DNA from: a virus
Taxonomy: Duplodnaviria; Caudoviricetes
Virus record (IMG/VR): IMGVR_UViG_3300031801_001562
Strand: one strand, 5' to 3'
DNA: 64,000 nt
Under the pieces are notes generated by a model, which saw nothing but the letters and a program-made list of their open reading frames with translations, was not told where the DNA came from and did no database searches. The translations under genes and the position numbers were made by a program. Positions 19,536-28,260 of this stretch are shown here, one piece after another; the stretch's first letter is position 1; each line of letters starts with the position of its first letter.

Positions 19536-19564
19536 ATTATATAACATTATAGGCACAATGTCAA
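19536..19564 (-). promoter_or_regulatory. Perfect-consensus sigma70 promoter for the folE-dpdA-queC operon
   Basis: TTGACA-N17-TATAAT followed by an A-rich leader and an AAGGAG RBS before folE. Confidence 0.85.
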
Positions 19565-19623
19565 GAATTTTTTAACATTTGTTTATTGTGGGGGGTATTA
19601 TGATGGGTATGATTTTATTATTT

Positions 19624-19818
19624 TTAGTGTTCGTCGAATGATATAATGTTACCGCGGGTATCAAGTTTAATATTCTTGATTCCAAATCGCGATTCCATAC
19701 TTTTCTTTTTTCGATCATCAGAAGCTATATGATCAAGATCTTTCCAATAGTGATTCATCTGTGTGACTGCTTGTTTTGAAGTCATCAAACGTTCTAAAAA
19801 TACTTTAAAAGATTTCAT
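19624..19818 (-). CDS. 64-aa protein with a T4 capsid-targeting-like N-terminus (possible internal head protein)
   Basis: Begins MKSFKVFLE, similar to the T4 internal-protein leader MKTYQEFIAE; TAATG-coupled to the nuclease gene. Confidence 0.55.
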   Translation of the reverse strand: MKSFKVFLERLMTSKQAVTQMNHYWKDLDHIASDDRKKKSMESRFGIKNIKLDTRGNIISFDEH

Positions 19819-20330
19819 TAACTGTGCTCCAGATATTTAACGCCGTCTCGTTCTTCGAGAAGTTTTCTATTTTTCATATGTTCTGCTTCAATTTCTTCTT
19901 TACTTCCGCCAAAATAGCCAACGGCATAACCATTTTCGCACATCCATTTGTTTACATTGGTCCAACCATTCCATTCATCGCCGGTGGCAGTGCAGTTGAT
20001 CCAGAGTTCTCCAAGAATTCTTCCGAATTTACCTCTACTGTCTTTCTCTGGACATCGACATTGGATTTCAATATCATCCCTGTCCGACACAATTGCCCAA
20101 TGTACCCACGATTTAAGGGCGGCCGAGGAGAGTTTTCCGTAAAACTTTTCTGCCAAATCACGAGTTCTTGATTCTGGTGTATCGATTCCCAACAAACGGA
20201 TTCGTCCACAATACCTAACATCGAACCCCAAATCAATAACTGCATCAATAGTATCTCCATCTACAACCTTCTCTACTGCAGTTATGTGGTAAATGAACTC
20301 GCAGGGGTTATCATTTTTATATTCGGCCAT
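19818..20330 (-). CDS. Thermonuclease (SNase-like) family protein
   Basis: VVDGDTID..IDLGF...RIRL.GIDTPE...GKFGRILG. Confidence 0.88.
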   Translation of the reverse strand: MAEYKNDNPCEFIYHITAVEKVVDGDTIDAVIDLGFDVRYCGRIRLLGIDTPESRTRDLAEKFYGKLSSAALKSWVHWAIVSDRDDIEIQCRCPEKDSRGKFGRILGELWINCTATGDEWNGWTNVNKWMCENGYAVGYFGGSKEEIEAEHMKNRKLLEERDGVKYLEHS

Positions 20331-20402
20331 AATTTTCCTTCTTCAAATTTTGTGGCTGACCGTGCTTCTGTTCCCAAGTGACGGCCACAACTCGGCTATA
20401 GT

Positions 20403-20450
20403 CTACGCAGCGAGTGCGTAAGAGTATGCAGTATAATCGTCATTGTTTGC
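20403..20450 (-). other. tmRNA proteolysis-tag reading frame (A)ANNDDYTAYSYALAA*
   Basis: Resume context AAACTAATC-GCA-AAC; ends GCA CTC GCT GCG TAG. Confidence 0.9.
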
Positions 20451-20538
20451 GATTAGTTTGATGGACCGTTACGGTGGTGCCTCTACCGAATACCTCTATA
20501 TCTACCTTCACAATCAATCGAAATCTATTTCAGCCCCA

Positions 20539-20631
20539 TCAACGAAAGTCATATCCAATAAAAAGTGTGGCATAAGTTAAACCCAATGCAAGTATTATAA
20601 TTATTGCTAACCACATTAATTTCTTTTCCAT
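20539..20631 (-). CDS. 30-aa hydrophobic peptide inside the tmRNA intervening segment
   Basis: MEKKLMWLAIIIILALGLTYATLFIGYDFR*; fills nearly the whole spacer between CCA and G1. RBS is weak (AAGAAAG). Confidence 0.5.
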   Translation of the reverse strand: MEKKLMWLAIIIILALGLTYATLFIGYDFR

Positions 20632-20700
20632 AACTTTCTTTGGTGGAGCTGATCGGAATCGCACCGATGTCTTAACTGTTATCTAGATATGTCAACAGTA

Positions 20701-21345
20701 TCATCTGTATTTATTAACCCATGGAACTCTCACAGAAATATCCCTTTTTTCAGATATTCCGGTTGATTGGCCCTTATTAAAAAGAACTATAGGATAATCC
20801 AATTCTTCGTAATTAGAAAAATGTGCTGAATAATAAAAATTATCTGGTATACGAATAGGGTCTAATCTTTTCATCCAAAGATAAGTATCAAAGCCACCAT
20901 ATTTTTCTATATCTTCAAATTCAAATCTTTCCCAAATTTTTAAACTCGTATCTGGTCTCCATCCTAATATTGAAGAATTATATGGAGTACATAATATATC
21001 CCTATTTCTTTGATCTTCGAAATCATCCATATGTTCTCTCCAACGAGCCCATGGCGCACATAAATAATCTTGTTTTTCTACCCAATCAAATAAACTATCT
21101 ATATTACCTTTTATTACAACATCTAAATCAAATGCTAAAACAACATCTTCTGTAAACTGTTCTATTATTGGTGAATGATATAAAACTTTGGTCCACCATT
21201 TAGGAAGAATCGGTTCATCAAATACACGAAAATTTATATTATAAGTAGTATTTTTAAATACCATTTTTTCTAAACGTTGTATATCTTTTATAGTGTATTT
21301 GTCTCCTACACATATGCAGGCAACAGCTCTTCGCATAAAATTCAT
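20701..21345 (-). CDS. Putative GT-A glycosyltransferase
   Basis: CVGDKY...RL..MV, WWTK, FDLDVVI.GNID (DxD), NSSI..W; paralog of 23441-24190. Confidence 0.65.
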   Translation of the reverse strand: MNFMRRAVACICVGDKYTIKDIQRLEKMVFKNTTYNINFRVFDEPILPKWWTKVLYHSPIIEQFTEDVVLAFDLDVVIKGNIDSLFDWVEKQDYLCAPWARWREHMDDFEDQRNRDILCTPYNSSILGWRPDTSLKIWERFEFEDIEKYGGFDTYLWMKRLDPIRIPDNFYYSAHFSNYEELDYPIVLFNKGQSTGISEKRDISVRVPWVNKYR

Positions 21346-22034
21346 CGCCATTGGCCTATAACCATAAATCGTTTATAATTACCAAAATCTTTTTCTCCTT
21401 TATACCATATATTTTTTATTTGATTTTTTTCAGTTAATTCTTCAACATCCTTTACACAATTTATATGATCCGTTAAATCAATATAATCATTAGATTGTAA
21501 ACAAACAAAAGGATTTCCTTTAAAAGAAAATTGATTTGTAAAATCTTGCATGTGCTCACAAGATGTACAGATAATTAAATGTCTTCTTCTAAGTTCTTTT
21601 CTTTCGAAATAATCATCATGTTGAATTACTTTATATTTTGGATTAAAAATATTTTTATATTGAGCCATTACTTTTTGACAAACTTCGTCTGGATCATATA
21701 AATCAATTTGAGTTATTCTTCCTTTAGTGAACCTGTCAATTAATTCTATCAGGGGCCAACCAAACCAAGATCCAATTATTTCTATTAGAAGAGGATAATC
21801 CCAATCCGGATTACCATCAGGAAATCTAATACTTTCAGAAGAATCTTTTGAATATTTTTTAATATTATCAGGAGTAGTTATTCTTAAATCATTTAAAATA
21901 TCACACATCCATTTTTTAGATTCATATTGATCATCAGATATAGAATCATCAAAACTTTTTTCATATTCAGAATGATTATTTTTTATAAATTTCTGAACAG
22001 TATAATATGGTGAATTTCTAAAATTTTCTACCAT
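21342..22034 (-). CDS. Class I SAM-dependent methyltransferase-like protein
   Basis: QYESKKW, IEIIGSWFG, DLYDPD, ICTSCEHM, LQSNDY, HINCV. The Rossmann-like assignment is tentative. Confidence 0.5.
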   Translation of the reverse strand: MVENFRNSPYYTVQKFIKNNHSEYEKSFDDSISDDQYESKKWMCDILNDLRITTPDNIKKYSKDSSESIRFPDGNPDWDYPLLIEIIGSWFGWPLIELIDRFTKGRITQIDLYDPDEVCQKVMAQYKNIFNPKYKVIQHDDYFERKELRRRHLIICTSCEHMQDFTNQFSFKGNPFVCLQSNDYIDLTDHINCVKDVEELTEKNQIKNIWYKGEKDFGNYKRFMVIGQWR

Positions 22035-22888
22035 CTACCTACCACCATAAAACGCTTATAATAACCAAAGTCTTTTTCTCCTTTATACATAATATCTGAG
22101 ATTCCATTTTTCTCTGCTAATTCATTTGCACTCTCAACACAATTTTCATGTTCTGGTAAATCTATATAATCATTACTTTGTAAAACATAAATTGGTTTGG
22201 GAGTATCTTTATAATATTCTTTCATCTCGCCAATATCAGGCATATGTTCACATGAAGTACAAATTATCATGTGTCTGATTCTTTTATCATTTCTTTCAAA
22301 GTAATCACCAAATTGATTTATATTATAAGACGGTTCAAAATGATACTTATATTTTTGAACTACTTCTTGACATACTTCATCTGGGTCGTATAAATCAATT
22401 TGTTCAATCTGGACAATAGTATCTTCTAACATTTCTATTAATGGCCATCCAAACCATGCTCCAACAATTTCAATTTTAAAAGAATCCTTGCTCCCGAAAA
22501 GTTCAGGTTTTAAAATTTGACACATCCATCTTTTAGATTCATATTGCCCATCAGTAATAGAATCTAAAAGGTTTGAAGCATATTCTGGATAAGATTCATC
22601 TAAGAATCTTTTAACTTTCATATATGGAGACCATTCCATAGTATTATTATAATTTACTTCATCTTTTTCAAATTGCCCCAAAGTTCTTTCCCATTCACCT
22701 TTAGTTCTTTCCCATTCAATCGCATTCCGGCGTTTTTCGGTTGCACGTCTTGCATCTTCCTTGTCCCATTGTCCTGAAGTTTTTTCCCATAAACCTTCAC
22801 AACGTTGCCATTCAATATTAGCTGCGCGTCTATCTCTTTGGAGAATTTTTAAATCAATTTCCGCTTTTTTAAAATCTTTTATGAACAT
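22028..22888 (-). CDS. Methyltransferase-like paralog with a Trp-rich N-terminal extension
   Basis: Same motifs as 21342-22034 (QYESKRW, VGAWFG, TSCEHM, LQSNDY). Confidence 0.5.
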   Translation of the reverse strand: MFIKDFKKAEIDLKILQRDRRAANIEWQRCEGLWEKTSGQWDKEDARRATEKRRNAIEWERTKGEWERTLGQFEKDEVNYNNTMEWSPYMKVKRFLDESYPEYASNLLDSITDGQYESKRWMCQILKPELFGSKDSFKIEIVGAWFGWPLIEMLEDTIVQIEQIDLYDPDEVCQEVVQKYKYHFEPSYNINQFGDYFERNDKRIRHMIICTSCEHMPDIGEMKEYYKDTPKPIYVLQSNDYIDLPEHENCVESANELAEKNGISDIMYKGEKDFGYYKRFMVVGRW

Positions 22889-23454
22889 CCTACCACTATT
22901 GAATATTTAACTTTTTGAAAATCATATTCTTCTTCAAATAAAACATCATTCAAATTATTCTGCTCTATTAATTGTTGGGTTGACATCACGGGATTGCATG
23001 AATATAAACGTTGTCTATTATTCCCGGCTAAAATGAATTTTCCCTTATGTACTTTACCGATAGGATATGTATCTTCACAAAATTTGTGAATAATGGGCCC
23101 CTTAAATTTTATATCATCGAATATAACATCTGTGCAATAAATGTTATCACTTATGAGTTCACAATCTTCACATACATAAGGATCTGAATCATAATATGAT
23201 ATATTATAACCTAATTTTTCTATTTTATCAACATGATAATTCATATACCAAGAACAGACGATATTCAAATCATCTTCATCAAAAAATTGAGTAATTAAAG
23301 AATGAATCTTATCATTTAAAACAATATTATATCGATTATTGGCTGAACCTAAATTATGTCGTCTATTTTCCAGTGTACTATACCACAAAGTATCGTATGC
23401 ATTTTCCGTTCCATATTTTGAAATAGAAGCAGCGAACTTTTCAAATTCTATCAT
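22879..23454 (-). CDS. Divergent third paralog of the methyltransferase-like family
   Basis: The C-terminus CNPVMSTQQLIEQNNL..VLF....Y..VVG aligns by eye with HENCVESANELAEKNG...F.VVG. Start is uncertain (23454 or 23493). Confidence 0.45.
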   Translation of the reverse strand: MIEFEKFAASISKYGTENAYDTLWYSTLENRRHNLGSANNRYNIVLNDKIHSLITQFFDEDDLNIVCSWYMNYHVDKIEKLGYNISYYDSDPYVCEDCELISDNIYCTDVIFDDIKFKGPIIHKFCEDTYPIGKVHKGKFILAGNNRQRLYSCNPVMSTQQLIEQNNLNDVLFEEEYDFQKVKYSIVVGCS

Positions 23455-24190
23455 AACTGCTCCACATGTCAAGAGCCCAACCTTTTGCTTCATGCAACTC
23501 TACATGAGTTTCATTAGGTTTCGCCCATTTTTTATGAGAAGTATTAAAAAGACATATCTTATAATCAGATCTATATTCTGTTGGATTTAAATCATCTGAA
23601 TATTTACAACCTATATTATAATTATATACATTTCCTGGTAACCAAAAATCTAAATTATTTTTTCTATGTTCCTGATAAAACAAATATTTGTCATATGAGG
23701 GATATGTAAAGAAAGCCTTTTCCTTATTTCTAACTAGCCTCTCATACATATCAAATCCAACATCGTCCTGCCAGGAAACAAAAGAAGAATTAATCGGAGT
23801 CGTCATATATCCATAATTAATTTTTGCCGCTTCATTGTTTCTCCAATAATTCCAAATATAAGTTACCTTATTCTTTTTTCTGTCTACTAGATCGGTTATA
23901 TTATTTTGAATTAAGATATCTAAATCAAACCAAGCCTTAGATCCGGAGACATGTTTATATCTATCGAAATAACACATCTTTTCGGATGTAAATATTTGTG
24001 TTCTTGGAAATTCGGAAAAATCATCTGGTATACTTTCTATTTTTATATCTGGATCTATACCAGTTGAATTATCAGTAAGACATGTAAAATTAAAAGGATT
24101 ATTATAATGTTTTTTAAGACTCTTGAAAAGCCTATTAACATATAATCTATTATACTTGGTTCCCCATTTCAAACAATAAAAATTTGTCAT
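23441..24190 (-). CDS. Putative GT-A glycosyltransferase
   Basis: CLKWGTKY...YVNRL..SLK.H...F.FTCLTD, FDLDILI (DxD), INSS...W. Confidence 0.7.
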   Translation of the reverse strand: MTNFYCLKWGTKYNRLYVNRLFKSLKKHYNNPFNFTCLTDNSTGIDPDIKIESIPDDFSEFPRTQIFTSEKMCYFDRYKHVSGSKAWFDLDILIQNNITDLVDRKKNKVTYIWNYWRNNEAAKINYGYMTTPINSSFVSWQDDVGFDMYERLVRNKEKAFFTYPSYDKYLFYQEHRKNNLDFWLPGNVYNYNIGCKYSDDLNPTEYRSDYKICLFNTSHKKWAKPNETHVELHEAKGWALDMWSSYDRI

Positions 24191-25227
24191 TTCCATTGAT
24201 CTCTAAAAGCATCAAAACCTGATCCACACTTCTCAGCACATACTGTAGATTTACCATCTGCGCAAGAAGATATATTCCAACTTTTTTGTAATTTTTTAAA
24301 GAATCCACCTTCAATAATATTTCGAAGAGGTGTATGAAGTGCATTAATATCTTTTAAATCATCGAAATATGACCATATCTGATTTTCACCTATTTCTTGA
24401 TAAGCTTTATAAAATCTACCTGCTGTCCAACAACAGGGAGTTACTAAACCTTCAGCACTTATATATATTTCATTATTATCTAATGACTTACATGTGATTT
24501 TTGTTTGATCTAAATACTTTTGAAAGGAACCATGACTCTTAATCAATTTATCATAGCTGTTAACGCTCTTATTCTGATTTTCTGGATTAGTTGGTGGCTT
24601 AATCTCATTCCCCTTAGTGGTTATCTTTTTATCAACTTTCTTACCTTTATAGCTTTGTACCCACCTACCAGTTTTTTTTCTTACAAATTCGAGTCCGAAT
24701 AATTTAGCCATTCTTTCCGCTTCTTCGACTTGATGTTCATTATGTTCAAAAATTAAATATACCCAAATACCCTTACCGCCGGCTTGAGTAAATACATCCA
24801 TGGCATGTTCTACCTTTTTCCAATTTACATTAACTCGATATAAATGATTTGTATCTTCTAAGCCATCTACACTAAAAGTAACCTTTCCTCTAGATCCTAA
24901 TATTAAAACTAATTCTTTCCACCAATCATCATCTCTAGCTCCAGCATTTGTAGTCATATGAAGATACATTTTAGGATTATTAACTCTAAGATATCTAAAA
25001 ATGGAAAGCGTATCATTAGACACAAGTGGATCTCCATGATTACCACACATCAATAAAGAATTTAATTGATGAACAAAATCTATATCAACCATGCTCATGA
25101 AATTATTCAAAGATAATTCAGCATTTTTCATATGTCGATTATTTGTCCTGTCACACATCGGGCATTGTGCTTGACATCTTTGTGTTGGTTCTAAATGAAT
25201 ATGTTTTATTTGATCCGAAATATACAT
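24187..25227 (-). CDS. Radical SAM protein with C-terminal Cys-rich auxiliary (SPASM-like) domain
   Basis: CQAQCPMC; CGNHGDP; C-terminal C...G...PCCW...C...C. Confidence 0.9.
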   Translation of the reverse strand: MYISDQIKHIHLEPTQRCQAQCPMCDRTNNRHMKNAELSLNNFMSMVDIDFVHQLNSLLMCGNHGDPLVSNDTLSIFRYLRVNNPKMYLHMTTNAGARDDDWWKELVLILGSRGKVTFSVDGLEDTNHLYRVNVNWKKVEHAMDVFTQAGGKGIWVYLIFEHNEHQVEEAERMAKLFGLEFVRKKTGRWVQSYKGKKVDKKITTKGNEIKPPTNPENQNKSVNSYDKLIKSHGSFQKYLDQTKITCKSLDNNEIYISAEGLVTPCCWTAGRFYKAYQEIGENQIWSYFDDLKDINALHTPLRNIIEGGFFKKLQKSWNISSCADGKSTVCAEKCGSGFDAFRDQWK

Positions 25228-26346
25228 TTAATAAAAACTTTCAAACTCTGGCCACTCATTAAGTAAATTAGTTTTATTTCTTTTATCACATAATTTAAGA
25301 AAATTCATTCCTTCTATAAAAATATTATTATCAACCGGAATATTTAATTTTAATAAATTTTTTATATCATCAGAAATATATCTTTGATTTTTGCCTTGAT
25401 ATAATTTTTTCACTCCGTTTGGCAAACAATCTATTGTAAAATAACCGGGAACAACTAATAAATTTGATAATGGTGATAATATATTAAAATTCTCTTTTAA
25501 ATAAATTTGTATCTCATCTAAGTAACCAACATTTAATGTTTGAACCGTAACTTCAAATCCTATAGGATATGTTGATTGTAATTTTTTAATATTCTCGATC
25601 TTTTTTTTCCAAACAGTTCCGGTTCTAATATATTCTTCTTTTTTATCAATCCCATCTATAGAAATATTAAAATATAATTTTTTAAATGCTTTTTTATATT
25701 GAAATAAATGTCCGGGAATTTTTGTGGCGTTAGTAAGAGTAGATATTTTTATTTTTTTTGAAAATCCATGACCGATAAGCCACTCTAAAAAATCATAATA
25801 TCCATCAGTCATTAACGGTTCGCCGCCCGAAATAATTATTCTTGTTACAGAAGGTAAAATCTCTTTTAAATCTTCATAAGTTTTTTTATTAAAAGTATTT
25901 TCATATATTGGCCATTCTCCTTCATTATATTTCTCCTTATGTTGCGACCAGGCGGACGAAGATTGTGGACCGCACATCAAACATTTGAGATTACATAAAT
26001 TTCCAAATTTAATTTTAAAGGTTGGGTTATTGGGAATTAATTTTTTGCCTTGTTTAAATTTTTCTACTTGTCCCGCATAATCATTCTTTAAACTTTCTTT
26101 TCTTCTGGAATTCAATCCGAGATCTTCTCGTTTCCAACAGGATTGACAAATATCTAATCTTTTATTTTCTAAAAAAGCTTTTCTTTTATCGTTGATATAA
26201 TCAGAATTAAAATATTCTAAAATAGAATACTTATCACTGAACATTTTAGATTCACCTAGATTATCACAGCATAATTGATATTCATTGAATGAAGAAACAG
26301 TAAATTGTGTAAAAGGGAGAGCGCAGAAATTTTTTAATTTTTCCAT
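25228..26346 (-). CDS. Radical SAM protein with N-terminal SPASM/twitch-like domain
   Basis: N-terminal C.LPF...CC...C..C; core CNLKCLMC, SGGEPL. Confidence 0.9.
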   Translation of the reverse strand: MEKLKNFCALPFTQFTVSSFNEYQLCCDNLGESKMFSDKYSILEYFNSDYINDKRKAFLENKRLDICQSCWKREDLGLNSRRKESLKNDYAGQVEKFKQGKKLIPNNPTFKIKFGNLCNLKCLMCGPQSSSAWSQHKEKYNEGEWPIYENTFNKKTYEDLKEILPSVTRIIISGGEPLMTDGYYDFLEWLIGHGFSKKIKISTLTNATKIPGHLFQYKKAFKKLYFNISIDGIDKKEEYIRTGTVWKKKIENIKKLQSTYPIGFEVTVQTLNVGYLDEIQIYLKENFNILSPLSNLLVVPGYFTIDCLPNGVKKLYQGKNQRYISDDIKNLLKLNIPVDNNIFIEGMNFLKLCDKRNKTNLLNEWPEFESFY

Positions 26347-27362
26347 AGAGGAAATTTATTTTCAGGTTTTCTTTTTGGAATTTTACTATCTGCAGAACTT
26401 ACACAATTATCAGTTATACAAGGCATGAGCTTATCAAATAATTTAAATCCGGTTTCAATATTTCCTAGAGGTACATCTGAGCAAGAATATGACCGCTTAA
26501 TGCTCCCACAAGGCTCGCGTATAATAATACTACGATACCCCGACGAACAGATCCAGCCTTTGAATTCATTAAAATTAAACGCATTAAATCTCTCAGCTTG
26601 ATCCACTTCATATATATTTCCTTTTGAATCTACTAAATCTATTTCACGTTCTGTTGGTCTGGAATCATTATGTAAAATATCTAACTGTCCTTGTGTATAT
26701 CCATCTACAACTTTTGTAGCTGTCGGATTTGATTGTGGTTTTAGTGTTGTGTGTATACCACGATCTTTAAAATATAAAACATGTTCTGTTAGTTCCCAAA
26801 ATCTTTCTGGAATCATCACCATATTAATTGTTATTCTAATTCCATTATCTTGAAGAAAAACTAACTTATCAGCAAAATCTGCTATCTTATCTTGTGTATT
26901 TAAAGCTTCAAAATGTGCGGAAGCAGTAATAGAAGCCTTATCAAATTTATTCGCGTATTTAATATATGTTTCAAACCATTTTATTTTACGAGAACAATTT
27001 GAAGTCATATGTATGCGCTGACGATTACAATTATCTTCATCATCTGCTAGGTGTTGTAGTATATCCAAATAGCCGGGATGAAAGGTCGGCTCTCCTCCGG
27101 ATAAAGACCAATTGAAAGAATTAAATCCTTGTTTTCTTGCTTGTTTTTTTATGCTATCAATTGTCTTAATACAAAGTTCAGTTGGTCTATGATCTTTTTT
27201 ATCTGATCTAGCATACGGCCAACAATAGGAACATTTGTAATTACAAAATCTACCTAACAACCAAGATATTGTAAACGTATCTCGATACAACATTGTTTTA
27301 GTACCGAGAGCTTCAATATCCTTCCATGGTATTTTTGTAAAATCTTCTTCATTGCGTCGCAT
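26334..27362 (-). CDS. Radical SAM protein with C-terminal FKGWxC auxiliary domain
   Basis: WLLGRFCNYKCSYC; SGGEPTFH; start may be 27374. Confidence 0.9.
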   Translation of the reverse strand: MRRNEEDFTKIPWKDIEALGTKTMLYRDTFTISWLLGRFCNYKCSYCWPYARSDKKDHRPTELCIKTIDSIKKQARKQGFNSFNWSLSGGEPTFHPGYLDILQHLADDEDNCNRQRIHMTSNCSRKIKWFETYIKYANKFDKASITASAHFEALNTQDKIADFADKLVFLQDNGIRITINMVMIPERFWELTEHVLYFKDRGIHTTLKPQSNPTATKVVDGYTQGQLDILHNDSRPTEREIDLVDSKGNIYEVDQAERFNAFNFNEFKGWICSSGYRSIIIREPCGSIKRSYSCSDVPLGNIETGFKLFDKLMPCITDNCVSSADSKIPKRKPENKFPLWKN

Positions 27363-28260
27363 GAACAAAATCAAATTGTTTAGGTGTATAATTCATTAAA
27401 TTCATTTCATTATCCATATCCCATAAAGGGGCTGTCAATGTGTGAACATTTTCAAATTTTCCTTTAAATCTTGCATACACCTTTGTTATTAATTCTTCAT
27501 ACTTTGGCAAATACATAATTTTAATTTTACAAGGTAAATTTACTTCTTCACAAAATCGTTCTAATTTATTAATATACCTATCATTAATAAATTCTGGATG
27601 TATTGAAAAATTTATTAATGAAAGTTTATTTAATTCTTTTAAATAGGATACTTGCTTGGTGCCGTTAGTTAAAGTCCAAATTGTCGCTTCGGGTACTTTT
27701 TCTTTTAACCATTTTACAAAATCTATATAATGAGGAATAAGAGTTGGTTCTCCTCCTGAAATAGTTATTTTTTTAACATTTAAGGGATTAACTTTGGTCC
27801 AGGCTTCTTGCATTCTCTCCAAGGAAGTCCAGGAGCCTTTATAATCATGGCTACGAGGGTCACAATAAGTGCAGCTGAAATTACACCTACGATCAGTATA
27901 ATAATCAACGGCAACACCAACATCACTCGTAACAGCGTAAATTTTATCATGGGGTTCCAACTTTCCTTTTAGTCTCATATTGTCTATCATTAATAAATGA
28001 TCTTCAGTCCGACCTTTTGGCATCGCTATATCAGTACCACAAAAACAATTTTCATTAGGACATACTATTGTTTTAGGTTCTGTATATTCATCTATTGAAA
28101 CTGGATAAGGTGTCCTACATACCGCAGTGCCTACCTCCCACCATGCAGCATCAATAATATAATTCGTTTGTTTACAATGCCATCCTTTAAAATTAGTTCT
28201 ATTTTTAATAGTTTGATCATCACAAGATTTTAAACCATGGTCGGTTAAAACTTTAAGCAT
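27349..28260 (-). CDS. Radical SAM protein with N-terminal FKGWxC auxiliary domain
   Basis: N-terminal FKGWHC...C...CPNENCFC; core CNFSCTYC, SGGEPTL. Confidence 0.9.
   Translation of the reverse strand: MLKVLTDHGLKSCDDQTIKNRTNFKGWHCKQTNYIIDAAWWEVGTAVCRTPYPVSIDEYTEPKTIVCPNENCFCGTDIAMPKGRTEDHLLMIDNMRLKGKLEPHDKIYAVTSDVGVAVDYYTDRRCNFSCTYCDPRSHDYKGSWTSLERMQEAWTKVNPLNVKKITISGGEPTLIPHYIDFVKWLKEKVPEATIWTLTNGTKQVSYLKELNKLSLINFSIHPEFINDRYINKLERFCEEVNLPCKIKIMYLPKYEELITKVYARFKGKFENVHTLTAPLWDMDNEMNLMNYTPKQFDFVHATQ

Larger units (their letters stand above)
20350..20698 (-). ncRNA. ssrA: Circularly permuted (two-piece) tmRNA gene
   Basis: The acceptor piece ...GACATCGGTGCGATTCCGATCAGCTCCACCA (3' end at 20641) precedes the coding piece starting GGGGCTG (20537). 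The acceptor stem has G3.U70. Cross-piece helices UUGAUUGU/ACAGUUAA and UAGAUAU/AUAUCUA. The tag ORF ends YALAA. Outer boundaries are approximate. Confidence 0.9.

Noticed and set aside
19585-19615. G-rich intergenic tract (gtggggggtattatgatgggtatgat)
   Set aside because: No hairpin, no four G-runs and no recognisable motif; function not supportable.
20641-20680. tRNA-Ala-like 3' half ending in CCA
   Set aside because: No D-arm or anticodon arm upstream; it pairs with the downstream GGGGCTG piece and is the acceptor piece of the permuted tmRNA.
27349-28260. Possible QueE
   Set aside because: It has only generic CxxxCxxC and GGEP motifs plus an extra Cys-rich domain, lacks the QueE-type FxRxxGCxLxCxWCDT context, and is not in the que operon.
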